Assembly: GCA_963841435.1 (NCBI GenBank)
Contig: CAWJCS010000002.1
Coordinates: forward strand, 864,001 to 928,000
Direction of reading: 5' to 3'
Source: an uncultured delta proteobacterium
GTDB taxonomy: Bacteria > Myxococcota_A > Polyangia > Polyangiales > Polyangiaceae
DNA: 64,000 nt
Shown here: positions 1 through 14,705 of the stretch, one piece after another
Position numbering within the stretch: position 1 is the first letter of the stretch
Layout: every line of letters begins with the position of its first letter
Translations under genes and position numbers: made by a program
The notes under the pieces: model-generated
What the model saw: the letters and a program-made list of their open reading frames with translations, nothing else
Told to the model about the DNA's origin: nothing
Database searches by the model: none

Positions 1-665
1 TCCGCGAGTCGCTCGAGCGTCTCGGCCTCGCCCTCGGGGCGATCCTTTGCACGCACCACCACGCCGATCACGTGGGTGGTAACGCGGACCTCGTGGGGCG
101 ATATCCTGGCATCCGCGTCGTCGCTTCGGCTCGCGATCACGGGAGAATCCCCGCGCAAACCGAGGTCGTGAACGACGGCGACACGCTCGACGTGCTCGGC
201 CTCCGGTTCCGTTGCCTGATGGTTCCGGGCCACACGCTGGGGGCCGTCGCCTACGTCGGGCACGGCGCCGTGTTCACGGGAGACACGCTCTTCGCCGCTG
301 GCTGCGGTCGCCTGTTCGAGGGGACACCGGAGATGATGACGCGGTCGCTCGACGACGTGCTCGGTGGGCTGCCGCCCGAGACGCTCGTCTACGCAGGGCA
401 CGAGTACACGCAGAAGAACCTCGCCTTCGCGGCCCATGTCGAGCCTGGTAACCGGGCGGTCACGGACAAGGCGGGCAAAGTTGCGGCGCTCCGCGCGCGC
501 TCCGAGCCCACGCTGCCCTCGACGCTCGCGGACGAGCGTGCGACGAACCCCTTCATGCGGCTCGACGCCGCCGAGATCGTCGAACGCTACCTTACGACGC
601 TCGGCCCGTCGCCTTCCCGTGTCGCGGTCCTCGCGGCACTGCGCACGGAGAAGGATGCCTTCTGA
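1..665 (+). CDS. gloB: Hydroxyacylglutathione hydrolase (glyoxalase II), 5'-truncated by window edge
   Basis: Frame is open from base 3. It has THHHADH, PGHT, FTGDTLFAAGCGRLFEG, GHEYT and ERATNPF motifs. Confidence 0.93.
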   Translation, partial: RESLERLGLALGAILCTHHHADHVGGNADLVGRYPGIRVVASARDHGRIPAQTEVVNDGDTLDVLGLRFRCLMVPGHTLGAVAYVGHGAVFTGDTLFAAGCGRLFEGTPEMMTRSLDDVLGGLPPETLVYAGHEYTQKNLAFAAHVEPGNRAVTDKAGKVAALRARSEPTLPSTLADERATNPFMRLDAAEIVERYLTTLGPSPSRVAVLAALRTEKDAF

Positions 666-1620
666 CGTGGCGCTGCTGGCGCGCCGGTCGCTGCTTTTCG
701 GGCTCGGGGCGCTCGGCGTCGCCGCGTGCCGACGTGAGGAGCTCGCGAGCGCGTCGTCGGCGCGGCCGCCACCCGCGCCGAGCGCGAAGCCGCCCGCGCG
801 CCTCCCTGCGGAGGAGCGCACCTGGTCGTTCGACGACACGCCCGTCGGTCGCATGAGCGTCGTCGTCGTTGTCCCCGAGCGACGGGCTGGCGAGCGCTTT
901 CCCGTGTTGATCGCCATGCACGGCCGTGGCGAAACCCTGAAGGGTCCGAAGCGCGGCGCGCGGGGCTGGGTGGACGACTACGAGCTCGGCAAGGCGATAG
1001 AGCGGCTGGGGCGTCCGCCGCTCACGGCCAAGGATTTCCACGGCTTCGTGCTTTCCGAGCGCCTGGCCACCATCAATCGCGCGCTTCGCGAGACGCCCTT
1101 CGGCGGCCTCGTCGTCGTCTGTCCGTACACTCCCGACGTGCTCGGTGGTGACGATCCCTTCACGCCCGCGCCGCCGCTGGCGCGATTTCTCGTCGATACC
1201 CTGATCCCCAGGGTGAAGCGCGAGACGCCCGCCATCGGCACGCCCCGCTCGATCGGCATCGACGGTGTCAGTCTCGGCGGGCGCGCCTCGCTCGCGGTCG
1301 GCATGCTGCGCCCGGAAGCGTTCGGCGCCGTGGGGAGCCTGCAAGCGGCGATCGATGCCGAGAACGCCGCCGAGCTCGCCGTCCGCGCGGGACGCGCCCG
1401 ACGCGCGAACCCGGCGCTCGCGCTGCGCCTCCTGACGAGCACACAAGACTACTACTTACCCGCGCTTCGAGCCGCCGACGCGGCGCTGCGCCGTGCAGGC
1501 GTTGGCCACGAGTTTTTCGTGGCGGAGGGGCCGCACGACTACGTCTTCAATCGCGGGCCCGGCGCTTTCGAGATGCTGCTCTATCACGATCGGGTCCTCC
1601 GCGGCCGACCGCCGATCTGA
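655..1620 (+). CDS. Alpha/beta-hydrolase (esterase family), probable Tat lipoprotein
   Basis: ATG at 655 overlaps the gloB end. RRSLL twin-Arg, hydrophobic stretch and VAAC lipobox, then HGRGE, GVSLGG nucleophile motif and a C-terminal GPH His. Confidence 0.75.
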   Translation: MPSDVALLARRSLLFGLGALGVAACRREELASASSARPPPAPSAKPPARLPAEERTWSFDDTPVGRMSVVVVVPERRAGERFPVLIAMHGRGETLKGPKRGARGWVDDYELGKAIERLGRPPLTAKDFHGFVLSERLATINRALRETPFGGLVVVCPYTPDVLGGDDPFTPAPPLARFLVDTLIPRVKRETPAIGTPRSIGIDGVSLGGRASLAVGMLRPEAFGAVGSLQAAIDAENAAELAVRAGRARRANPALALRLLTSTQDYYLPALRAADAALRRAGVGHEFFVAEGPHDYVFNRGPGAFEMLLYHDRVLRGRPPI

Positions 1621-1632
1621 CGCGGCGCCGCG

Positions 1633-1980
1633 TCAGCGCCACTCCGGCGCGAGCGCTTCGGAGAGCAGCCGAAGCGCTCGGCCGCTAGCGCCGAGGAAGC
1701 GAACACCCGCGATGCACTTGCCGCTGTCATCGACGGCTCTCGACCAAGCAACCTCTGCCGCGAGCTCGAGGGGGTTCCACAACCCGGGCAGATCGATCGC
1801 GACCGTGACGCTGGCGGGCTCGTCGAGCGGTCCGTCGAGCTCGAGGCACGCGCCGCCCAGGCCGAGGTTCAGCACGGCTGCCGGACGCGGACCCTCCGTG
1901 TCGCCACGCGAAATCCGCGCTTCGAGGCGCTGCTCTTTGCGTCCGAAGGCTCGAAAATGGCGCTGGTCCGACTGAGACAT
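1633..1980 (-). CDS. PilZ domain protein
   Basis: RAFGR (RxxxR), NLGLGG (N/DxSxxG variant), EVAW and GVRF motifs. Start chosen at MSQSDQ. Confidence 0.8.
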   Translation of the reverse strand: MSQSDQRHFRAFGRKEQRLEARISRGDTEGPRPAAVLNLGLGGACLELDGPLDEPASVTVAIDLPGLWNPLELAAEVAWSRAVDDSGKCIAGVRFLGASGRALRLLSEALAPEWR

Positions 1981-2104
1981 TTCGATGATTTCGATGCTAG
2001 CGGAACCCAATGCCTCGAAACCACTGGAAAATCCGCGCCGGACCCAAGTACCGCCGTGCGCTTTCCCCGCGTGAGTCGGGTCCGGTAGGATGAGCATCCC
2101 GACC

Positions 2105-3585
2105 ATGGCCCAAGAAACCCGAAAAGATCCGCGCGCGAAGGTGCTCACCGTCACCGTGCGCTACAAGAGTGCGACGCTCGACGAGTTCATCGAGCATCAC
2201 TCCCACGACGTGAGCCGTGGCGGGATGTTCATCAAGACGAACTCACCCTTTCCGAGCGGCACACTCCTCAAGATCGAAGTGAGGATTGCGGGGGATCAGC
2301 GTGTGATGCAGGGTGTGGGCCGCGTCGTCTGGAAGCGCGAGTCGGCGGAAGCGCAGGATGGGGCGCCCGCAGGAATGGGTGTCAAGTTCATCAAGATCGA
2401 CGACGCATCGAGAGCGGTCATCGACCAGCTCGTCGAGAAGAGCGGCGGGGCCGTCAGTGCGTTCGACAAGGGAGTGGGTGACGGGGGACAGCCTGCTACG
2501 CCCGCGGCCGCGGCCGCCGAGCCCGCTCCACCCGCTGCCGCGCCGGCGCCGCGCCCCTCGATGCGCAAAGCGACCATGATCGGCCTCGGGGCGCTCGGCG
2601 CGGACGCGACGTCCGGCGAGGATGCCAAGGGCGCTGCCGAGGCCAAGCAGGAACCCTTCTTTCCCGATTCCGGCGATGCCGAGCAGCCGGCCCCCGAAGA
2701 TCGCACGGTCATGAAGCAAGCGGCCGAGCTTCTGCAGGATGCCCTGCGCGAGGCCGGTGGCTCGCTCGACGAGATCGGTACGCCCACTGCTGCGGCCGCG
2801 GGGACGCCGGGTGCATCGTCGCACCCGCCCGAGCCCGTGCGCGAAGCGCCGCGCCCCACGAAGAGCGAGGCGCCCGCCGCCGAAGCGAAGGCCGGCGCCA
2901 AGTCGGCGAGCGGGAAATCCGAGACGACCGCGAGCTCCAAGTCCGCCGAGAAGGCGGCCTCGAGCTCCCGACCCCCGGGTGGTGGCGCGCGCCCCGATTC
3001 GTCACGCCCTTCGGCGCGACCCAGCACGGGCACCGCACGTCAATCACCTCTTGCTGCCGAGGCGATCCCCGGTGAGGGCAGCAACAGCAAGCTCGTGCTC
3101 ATCGTGCTCGGGCTCGCCGTGGTCGGCGGCGGCATCTTCATGGTCACGCGCACGCCGGAGCAGCCCGCGCCGGCGGCCACCGAAGCCCCCGTCGAGCCCG
3201 AGCCGGTTCCGGAGATGTCGGCCGCGCCGGCCGCCACCGAGCCTGCCGCCGTGGAAGCGCCGTCCGAGGAGCCGAGCGCCAGCGCCGCTGCGTCCGCCGA
3301 GCCAGCCCCGGAGGCGATGTCGGCGCTGCCGCCGGAGCCCGCGGCACCTGCCACGACTCCGCCACCCGTGAGCAAGCCGAAGCCCGTCGCAGCGCCGAAG
3401 CCCGTCGCGGCGCCGAAGCCCCCCGCGGCGCCGAAGCCCCCCGCGGCGCCGAAGGAACCGGCCATGAGCGCCGCCCCTGCGGAGCCGAAGGCCCCCGCCG
3501 CACCCAAGCCGACCGCGACGGCCGCACCCAAGCCGACGGCGACGGCCGCACCCAAGCCAGCGCCGACCGTTAGCGACAACCCATT

Positions 3586-3589
<4 letters not shown>
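2105..3589 (+). CDS. TIGR02266-like PilZ protein with one TM helix and Pro/Ala-rich tail
   Basis: RKDPR...DVSRGGMFI...GRVVW...GMGVKF. TM segment LVLIVLGLAVVGGGIFMV. Low-complexity C-terminus. Confidence 0.85.
3376..3562 (+). repeat. Coding tandem repeats (18-bp PKP[V/P]AA units and 24-bp PKPTATAA units)
   Basis: Repeated gcgccgaagccc units and gcacccaagccgac units. Confidence 0.75.
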
Positions 3590-5504
<1,915 letters not shown>

Positions 5505-5529
5505 CTTCGCCGAACGGCCGTCGTGTCCG

Positions 5530-6324
5530 TCAGCGGCGCGAGACCGAGCGCGCGCTCTGGGCGTCGGCGAGGGCTCGCTCGACGAGTGCTTGCATGGCCT
5601 CGTACGGTAGCGCGCCCACGACGAACCAATCGTTGACGAAAAACGCAGGGGTTCCTTCGACGCCGCTCGCGAGCCCCGTGTCGATCTCCCGATCGAGGCG
5701 CGCCTCGTGGACGCCCGCCGCCATCGCCTGCGCGTAGCGCGCGGGGTCAACGCCCTCGCGTCGAGCGAGCGTGTCGATGAGTGCGTCGTCTAGGCCCTGC
5801 GCCTGGGCGTCGAAGAGTCCGTCGTGCATGCGCCAGAACGCGCTGCTGCCACGTTCGACGTAGACCTCGTGCGCCGCCGCCGCAGCGCGTCGGGCGTGCG
5901 GGTGCATGGGCAGCGGAAAATCGCGCCAAACGATGCGAACGGCGCCGCCGAATTGCGCCTCGATCGCGCGCAGCACCGGCACGGTGCGCGCGCAGAACGG
6001 GCATTCGAAGTCGCTGAAGACCTGGATTGTCACGCGGGCACCCGCGGGTCCGCGCGCGGGCGCGTCGGCGTGCGACGCCGGCACGCGCTCGGGGGCCACG
6101 CGGGCGGCGAACTCCGTGGGGTCGAGCGGCACGGCAGCGCCTTCGGGCGCTTCGCGGCCGCGCTCGTCCGGAGCTCCTTCGAGCAAGAACGGCGCGTCGG
6201 GATCCACGACGGACGACGCGCTCGGGTGGCGCGCCGGGGGAGTCTCGCTCCCCCGGCAACCGCCGACGAGGAGCGCGTGGGCCGCCGCGAGGGCGACGGC
6301 TCCACGCGCCACGGCTCGTCTCAT
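5530..6324 (-). CDS. DsbA-family thioredoxin-fold protein, probable lipoprotein
   Basis: FSDFECPFC, WRDFPLPMH, GTPAFFVN. Signal peptide ending VGGC. ATGA overlap with the upstream gene. Confidence 0.9.
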   Translation of the reverse strand: MRRAVARGAVALAAAHALLVGGCRGSETPPARHPSASSVVDPDAPFLLEGAPDERGREAPEGAAVPLDPTEFAARVAPERVPASHADAPARGPAGARVTIQVFSDFECPFCARTVPVLRAIEAQFGGAVRIVWRDFPLPMHPHARRAAAAAHEVYVERGSSAFWRMHDGLFDAQAQGLDDALIDTLARREGVDPARYAQAMAAGVHEARLDREIDTGLASGVEGTPAFFVNDWFVVGALPYEAMQALVERALADAQSARSVSRR

Positions 6325-8268
6325 CCGCCGGCTTCCTTGAGAGCCTTGTTGATGAGCTTCTTGAAAGCAGCCGCGGGTTGCGCGCCGCTCAAGAAGTAGC
6401 CGTTGATGACGAAGCCCGGCGTACCACCGATGCCCGCCTTGTTGCCGACCGCGCTGTCCGAGTCGAGCTTGGCTTTGTGCTTGTGGGAGTCGAGCGCCGC
6501 CTTGAACTTGTCCATGTCGAGACCGATCGATTGCGCGATCTTCTCGAGCTGCGGTCGCTCGATGCCCTCGCCGCCTTGCGAATCGAAGAGCTTGTCGTGC
6601 ATGAGCCAGAAGCCCACGTTGCCCTTCTGGGCGAAGGCTTCCTGGGCGGCTTCACTGGCGAGCGGCGCGTCCTTGTGGAACGGCAGCGGCATGTGACGCC
6701 AAACCCAGCGCACCTTGGTGCCGTACTCCTTCTCGAGCTCCGCGAGCGTAGGCTCCACGCGCTTGCAGAAGGGGCACTGGAAGTCCGAGAAGATCTGGAT
6801 CGTGACCTTCGCGCTCGCCGGGCCCTTCACGGGGCTGTTGGCGTCGGGCGGTGGCACTTCCTTCTTCTCGGGCGGCGGCGGCTCCTTACCTTCCTTGACG
6901 ATCTCCTCGTAGATTTTCGCGCGCGGCACGCCGCGAGCGAGCACGGCCTTGGCCTTGGCGAGCTGATCGTCGATGGTCGCCTTGAACTTCTCGAACGGCT
7001 GCGCGCCGCTCAGGCGCACACCGTTGATGAAGAAGTGGGGCGTGCCGCGGGCCTGGAAGTCGGCCGCCTGATCGACACTGGCGTCGATCTTGTCGGCGAA
7101 TTTGTTGCTGTCGATGGCTGCCTTCACGTTCTCCCAGCCGAGGCCGAGCTTGTCGGCGATCGCCTGGAGGTCCGTGTCCTCGAGCTTGGGCTGGCTTTCG
7201 AACAGCGCTTCGTGCGCATCCCAGAAGCCCTTGTCGCCCTTGGTCTTGTAGGCCTGGCGCGCGAGGATCGCCGCGGGCTTCGCACGCGGGTGGAACGGCA
7301 GCGGATTGTCCTTCCAGACGATGCGCACGTCGTTCGGGTAGGCCTTCATCACCTGCTTCATCGTGTCTTCTACGCGCTTGCAGAAGGGGCACTGGAAATC
7401 CGAATACTCGATGATGGTGACGAGCGCGTCACGGGCTCCCGTTACCGGATCGTCGGCGGCAACCGGCACCTTCCACACGCTCGTGTCCTCCTCCTCTTCG
7501 GCCTTCTGAGGCTTCGGCGTGTCGGGCTGTGCGGTCTGGTTCTTGTTGGTGAGCTGAGGGTACACGTCGAGGGGTTTCACGCCGCTCGCGACGAGCTTCT
7601 GCGCTTCGGCGAGCTGCGCGTCGATGACCTCCTTGAACTTGTCGAACGGCTGCGCGCCGCTCACGGTCACGCCGTTGATGCGGAACGCCGGGGTCCCGTT
7701 GGCGCCAATCTTCTTGGACAACGCGAGGTCTTCGTCGACCTTCGCGGTGTACTTCTTGGAAGCGAGGGCTTCCTTGAATTTGGCGGAGATCGACGCCCGA
7801 GGCGACCGCCCACTTCTCGAAGTTGGCAGCGTTCAGGTCCTTCTGGTTCGAGAAGGCGAGGTCGTGGAACTTCCAGAACGCGTCGCTGCCGCCCAGCCCG
7901 AAGACGGTGGCGGCGGCGTCGTGCGTGGGACGCGCGTCTTTGTGGAAGGGCAGGGGGTTGTGCTTCCACACGATGCGCACCTTGTCGGGCCCGTAGGTCT
8001 CGCGGACCTGCTTCATGGTGGGCTCGACGCGGCTGCAGAACGGACACTCGAAGTCGCTGATCTCGACGATCGTGACCGGCGCGTCGTTCTTGCCCCAGAT
8101 GGGGTCGTTGGTGGTGACGGGGACGCTCGCGGCGCTGTGATCGAAGGCGGCGGAGCCGCTGCCCTCGGCGCTGATCTCGACGCCCGTCCGGCGATCGACG
8201 CCCCACATGAGGAACATGCCGGCGATGAAGCTCAGCAAGAACCCGACGATGGCGGTTCCTTTATTCAT
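6321..8268 (-). CDS. Triple-domain DsbA-family protein (apparent +1 frameshift at ~7785)
   Basis: Three SDF[E/Q]CPFC / PLPFH / GTP repeats split over ORFs 7429-8472 and 6321-7721. N-terminal TM anchor MNKGTAIVGFLLSF with a GGAG RBS. Confidence 0.88.
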
Positions 8269-8403
8269 GACGTTTCTCCAAAGTTCGATTTGGGTTTCTG
8301 GTGGATGAAGCTCTGAGCCTCGGTGCGGTCGGGAGCCGGCGCTCGCGAACGGGCCGAGGCAGGGGGCGCCGGCCCGAAGGGCCAGCGCGGCGGCGAATGG
8401 GCT

Positions 8404-8439
8404 AAAAACGAGCCGACGCCACGTGTCAGCGACGGCTCG
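8404..8439 (-). terminator. Intrinsic-terminator-like hairpin between the leader ORF and the dsbA operon
   Basis: The mRNA reads CGAGCCG-U-CGCUG-ACACG-UGGCG-U-CGGCUCG-UUUUU. Confidence 0.6.
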
Positions 8440-8501
8440 AGCACCCGGGGGATCGCGCGCATGCGCCGGCACGCCTCACGATCGGCTTCCCCGGGCGTGT
8501 T

Positions 8502-8921
8502 TCAGCCGCGCGGCGGCCGGTAGGGCGTGTCGCGGACCGCGATCGGAGGCGGCCCGTCGTTGTCGGTGGGCTCGAGAGTAGACCCCGGGGGGTCGGCAAG
8601 CCCGCTGAAGGTCACGGGCACCGCGCGAAGTGGAGCGCTCGTGACGGTCGTCGTCGGTGAGCTGCGGTGACCGGGGAGCGAAGTGGTCGCGAGAGGGGAG
8701 CCCTTCGGACACGCATCCGCCGCATCGAGGACCAGCCCTCGATCAGGAGTACCAATCGGCGGGGCGATGATGGAGCGTCCATCGTCACTGCACATGGGCA
8801 CCGCCGCGCGCGCTGCGCTGCTGGCGAGCAAGCAACCGAAGAGCGCCAAGAGCGCAGGCAAAAGCCGGTGCAGCCCCTGTGGGGTCCGAGGGAGCGACGG
8901 GAGCGGAGAGCGTGACGCCAA
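8502..8921 (-). CDS. Small secreted hypothetical protein with two Cys and C-terminal RPPRG (candidate arrest/leader peptide)
   Basis: Signal peptide [23 protein letters not shown], then VPMC-x26-C, a Pro/Ser/Thr-rich linker and the end DTPYRPPRG. The start (TTG 8921) is uncertain. Confidence 0.65.
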   Translation of the reverse strand: MASRSPLPSLPRTPQGLHRLLPALLALFGCLLASSAARAAVPMCSDDGRSIIAPPIGTPDRGLVLDAADACPKGSPLATTSLPGHRSSPTTTVTSAPLRAVPVTFSGLADPPGSTLEPTDNDGPPPIAVRDTPYRPPRG

Positions 8922-9079
8922 AGCCTTTAGGACCGGGATTCTACCTTCGGGGCTCCGTTTCACAACCGAGCCCGGGAGATGGAACCCTTCTCGCCCTCCT
9001 CCCATTCCGCCCGGGGAGCACCTTCGCCCGGCCAGCAGCTTTCTTTGCCTACATTGTACGACATTGGCACCATGGCCCC

Positions 9080-11800
<2,721 letters not shown>

Positions 11801-11905
11801 TCCTTCGCTCGCCTCGCGCCCTTGGCCGGACGATTTTCACCGGCCGGCCGGTGCGTCGTGCACACGTCACGGGACGGTAGTAGTAGGGAGGCCCGCTCCT
11901 TGCCC

Positions 11906-13339
11906 ATGGATCCGTCGCTCAGCGTGCCCAGCGCGAACGTCGTCACGAGCGGCTCCCCGGAGCGGATCGTACTCAAGCTCGCGGCGCCCACCGTGCTCGC
12001 GATGCTCGCGCAGAGCGCCGTCAACGAGATCGACATCATTTTCCTCTCGTGGCTGCCGCAGCCCGAGTCGTCGAACGCGCAGGCGGCGCTCCTGCCGTCC
12101 CTGATCTTGCTCTGGATGTTCGGCGGCTCGCTGTCCGCCATTTCCGTAGGAACCCAGACCATCGCGGCCAGGCGCTTTGCGCAGGGGCGGCCGCTGGACG
12201 CCGGCGCCGTGCTCGCGAACTCCCTGGCCTTCGCGCTCGTGGCGAGCATCGTCTTCACGACCATCGCGTACCTCTGTTTGCCGACGGCGCTGGAGCTCCT
12301 CATCAAAGTGCCCGAGGTCCGCGTCGCCGCGAAGAGCTACCTGACGTTTCGCCTGCTCGGGGTGGCGTCGATGGTGATGACCTTCTCGCTCAAGGCGTTC
12401 TTCGACGGCATCGGCAAGACCTTCGTTCACATGGTCGCGTCGATCGTCATGAACCTGACGAACGTCGTGCTTTGCCTGGCGCTGATTTTCGGACGCTGGG
12501 GGGCGCCCCGCATGGGTATCGCGGGCGCTGGGCTCGCCGGCTGTCTCTCGAGCTGGCTCGGGCTCGTGATCATGCTCGTCTGGATCGTCCTGCCGTATTA
12601 TCAACGGCACCACCGGCCGTTCGACTGGAGTCGTCTCTCGCGTCCGCTGGTCTCGGACATCCTCAAGCTCAGCATCCCGAGCGCCGTGGCGACCCTCGCC
12701 GTGATGAGCGGCTTCGCGCTGTTCTCGATGATCGTGAGCGTGCTCGATCACTCCACGGAGATCGCCACGACGCCCCTCGGCCCGGGTGCCTCGGAAGCCG
12801 TGAACAGTGCCGCGACCACGGTGATCGTCGGTGTCCTCAAGCTGACCTTCACGGCGTGCCTCGCCTTCGGCACGTCGACGGCGACTCTCGTGAGCCAGTC
12901 GCTCGGCGAAGGAAAGCCCGACAAGGCCGAGCGGTTCGGCTGGGTCTCGGTGCGCCTCGGTTTGCTCATCTTCGGCATCGTGGGATTGGCCGAGGGCGGG
13001 GTTTTCACTCACGCGATCCTGCGTTTGGTCACGCGGAGCGACGCCGTGCTCGAGGCTGCCCTCGTGCCGCTTCGCATGATGGGGTTCGCGACGCCGCTCA
13101 TTGCCACCGGCATGATCCTCACCCAGGCACTCTTCGGCGCCGGCAATACGCGCTTCGTCATGGTCGTGGAGCTCGTGCTCCACTTCCTCGTGCTCGTGCC
13201 GTTCGCCTGGCTGCTCGGCCTCGTCTTTCACATCGGCCTGGTCGGCATCTGGAGCTCGGCGCTGCTCTACGTGGTCCTCTTGACCACGGCCATGACGCTC
13301 AAGTTCAGATCCGGCGACTGGAAGGGGATCCGAATCTGA
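11906..13339 (+). CDS. MATE family efflux transporter
   Basis: About 12 TM helices, LAAPTVLAM, MGIAGAGLA, LVSQSLG, GAGNT and W-K-x C-terminal motifs. Confidence 0.92.
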   Translation: MDPSLSVPSANVVTSGSPERIVLKLAAPTVLAMLAQSAVNEIDIIFLSWLPQPESSNAQAALLPSLILLWMFGGSLSAISVGTQTIAARRFAQGRPLDAGAVLANSLAFALVASIVFTTIAYLCLPTALELLIKVPEVRVAAKSYLTFRLLGVASMVMTFSLKAFFDGIGKTFVHMVASIVMNLTNVVLCLALIFGRWGAPRMGIAGAGLAGCLSSWLGLVIMLVWIVLPYYQRHHRPFDWSRLSRPLVSDILKLSIPSAVATLAVMSGFALFSMIVSVLDHSTEIATTPLGPGASEAVNSAATTVIVGVLKLTFTACLAFGTSTATLVSQSLGEGKPDKAERFGWVSVRLGLLIFGIVGLAEGGVFTHAILRLVTRSDAVLEAALVPLRMMGFATPLIATGMILTQALFGAGNTRFVMVVELVLHFLVLVPFAWLLGLVFHIGLVGIWSSALLYVVLLTTAMTLKFRSGDWKGIRI

Positions 13340-13348
13340 GCCAGGCGT

Positions 13349-14614
13349 TCAGCGCTCGGCGACAGCGAGCATCGAGCAGGCGGTACGGACCCGCACGTCC
13401 GCGTCCGAGTCGGCGAGCAGCGTCGCCGCTCGTGAAAAACTGCCGAGCGCGATGAGCCCGGCGCCGGCCGCCTGCCGCCGCTGCCGGTCGGGTGAGCCCA
13501 GCGACCGTGCGAGCAACGGCTCCACGCTCGTCTCGCCCGCGCGCGCGAGCTCCGCGCGCGCGGCATCAGCCGACGGGCCCTGCCTTTTCGCGAGCGTTCC
13601 GAGCTCTGCGAGGGCCCGGGGCCGCTTTTCGCGCTCGTCGAGCAAACGCCCGAGCGCCGCGACCCGGACGCCGGGGTCCGGATCGAGCGCGGCAGTCGCG
13701 AGCACGGGCAGGCTGCGCGGCTCGAGTGGAACGAGCGCGAGTGCGAGCATCTGCTCGTCGCTCAATCCCTCGGCTATGGCGCGCAAAAGGAGCGTCGTCA
13801 TGGCTCCCGATAGCGCGCGAGCGGTGCGCATCAGCGTGCCCGCGGCCGCGACCGCCGGCACGCCCTCGGGTGCCTCGGCGGCACGCAGAAGCGCTTCGCG
13901 CCCACCCGCGCCGAACGAGCGCGGTTTCGACCACGCTTCGACAATCGTGAGCCGCACGTCCTCGTCGGCGCGCTCCCACAGATCGGTGAGCGCACGCACG
14001 GCCTCGCTGCCACCGAGCTTGCCGACCGCGCGTACCGCCAGGCTGCGGGCGAACGGGTCGGGATCGACGCGCGCGGCCTCCAACAGCGGCTCGAGGTCGA
14101 GCGGCGCCGGCACTTGAAGCGCGGCCTCGAGGGCCGCGCGGCGGACGCGCTCGTCGGGGTCGGCGAAGAACGCGCGCCGCTGCGAGAAAGATTCGGGCGC
14201 GACCGAGGCTCGCGCCGCGACCGCTCGCCACGCACCGCTCTCGGCGTCGAGGTACCGCCGCGCGTACGGCTCCGGCTTGCGGGCCCCCGCTGCGAGCAGG
14301 ATGAGCGCCGCTTCAGCGCCGCCCTCGTCCTCTCGCTCGGCGCGTGCCTCGAGCGGGCCGATGAGTGGGCGGCTACACGCGCGTAGCAGGCGGATGCGCT
14401 GCGCCGCCTCATGCCCCCGCTCGGAGTGGATCTCGCGTTCGGCAACGGCTTCGGCGATCGCCAACGCGCGGCTGCGATCGAGATCGCCGCGCCCCTGCTC
14501 CTCGACGATGGCCCGCTTGAGGCCGGTGAGATCGGAGCTCAGCGCCGCCCGCACGGCGCCCTGCGTAGCGCAGCCGACGCTCACGATCGAGAACAGGAGC
14601 CACGCCGGACGCAT
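13349..14614 (-). CDS. HEAT-repeat lipoprotein
   Basis: SVGC lipobox and repeated DPDxxVRxAA helices. Confidence 0.75.
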   Translation of the reverse strand: MRPAWLLFSIVSVGCATQGAVRAALSSDLTGLKRAIVEEQGRGDLDRSRALAIAEAVAEREIHSERGHEAAQRIRLLRACSRPLIGPLEARAEREDEGGAEAALILLAAGARKPEPYARRYLDAESGAWRAVAARASVAPESFSQRRAFFADPDERVRRAALEAALQVPAPLDLEPLLEAARVDPDPFARSLAVRAVGKLGGSEAVRALTDLWERADEDVRLTIVEAWSKPRSFGAGGREALLRAAEAPEGVPAVAAAGTLMRTARALSGAMTTLLLRAIAEGLSDEQMLALALVPLEPRSLPVLATAALDPDPGVRVAALGRLLDEREKRPRALAELGTLAKRQGPSADAARAELARAGETSVEPLLARSLGSPDRQRRQAAGAGLIALGSFSRAATLLADSDADVRVRTACSMLAVAER

Positions 14615-14705
14615 CTTCCCGCCCACGATGGTGGGCCGGCCGAGCCCGGTCAAGGGACGAGCGGCCCCGGAGCTCGCGAGGCCAGCCGTGGCAGCGCTCC
14701 GCCGC

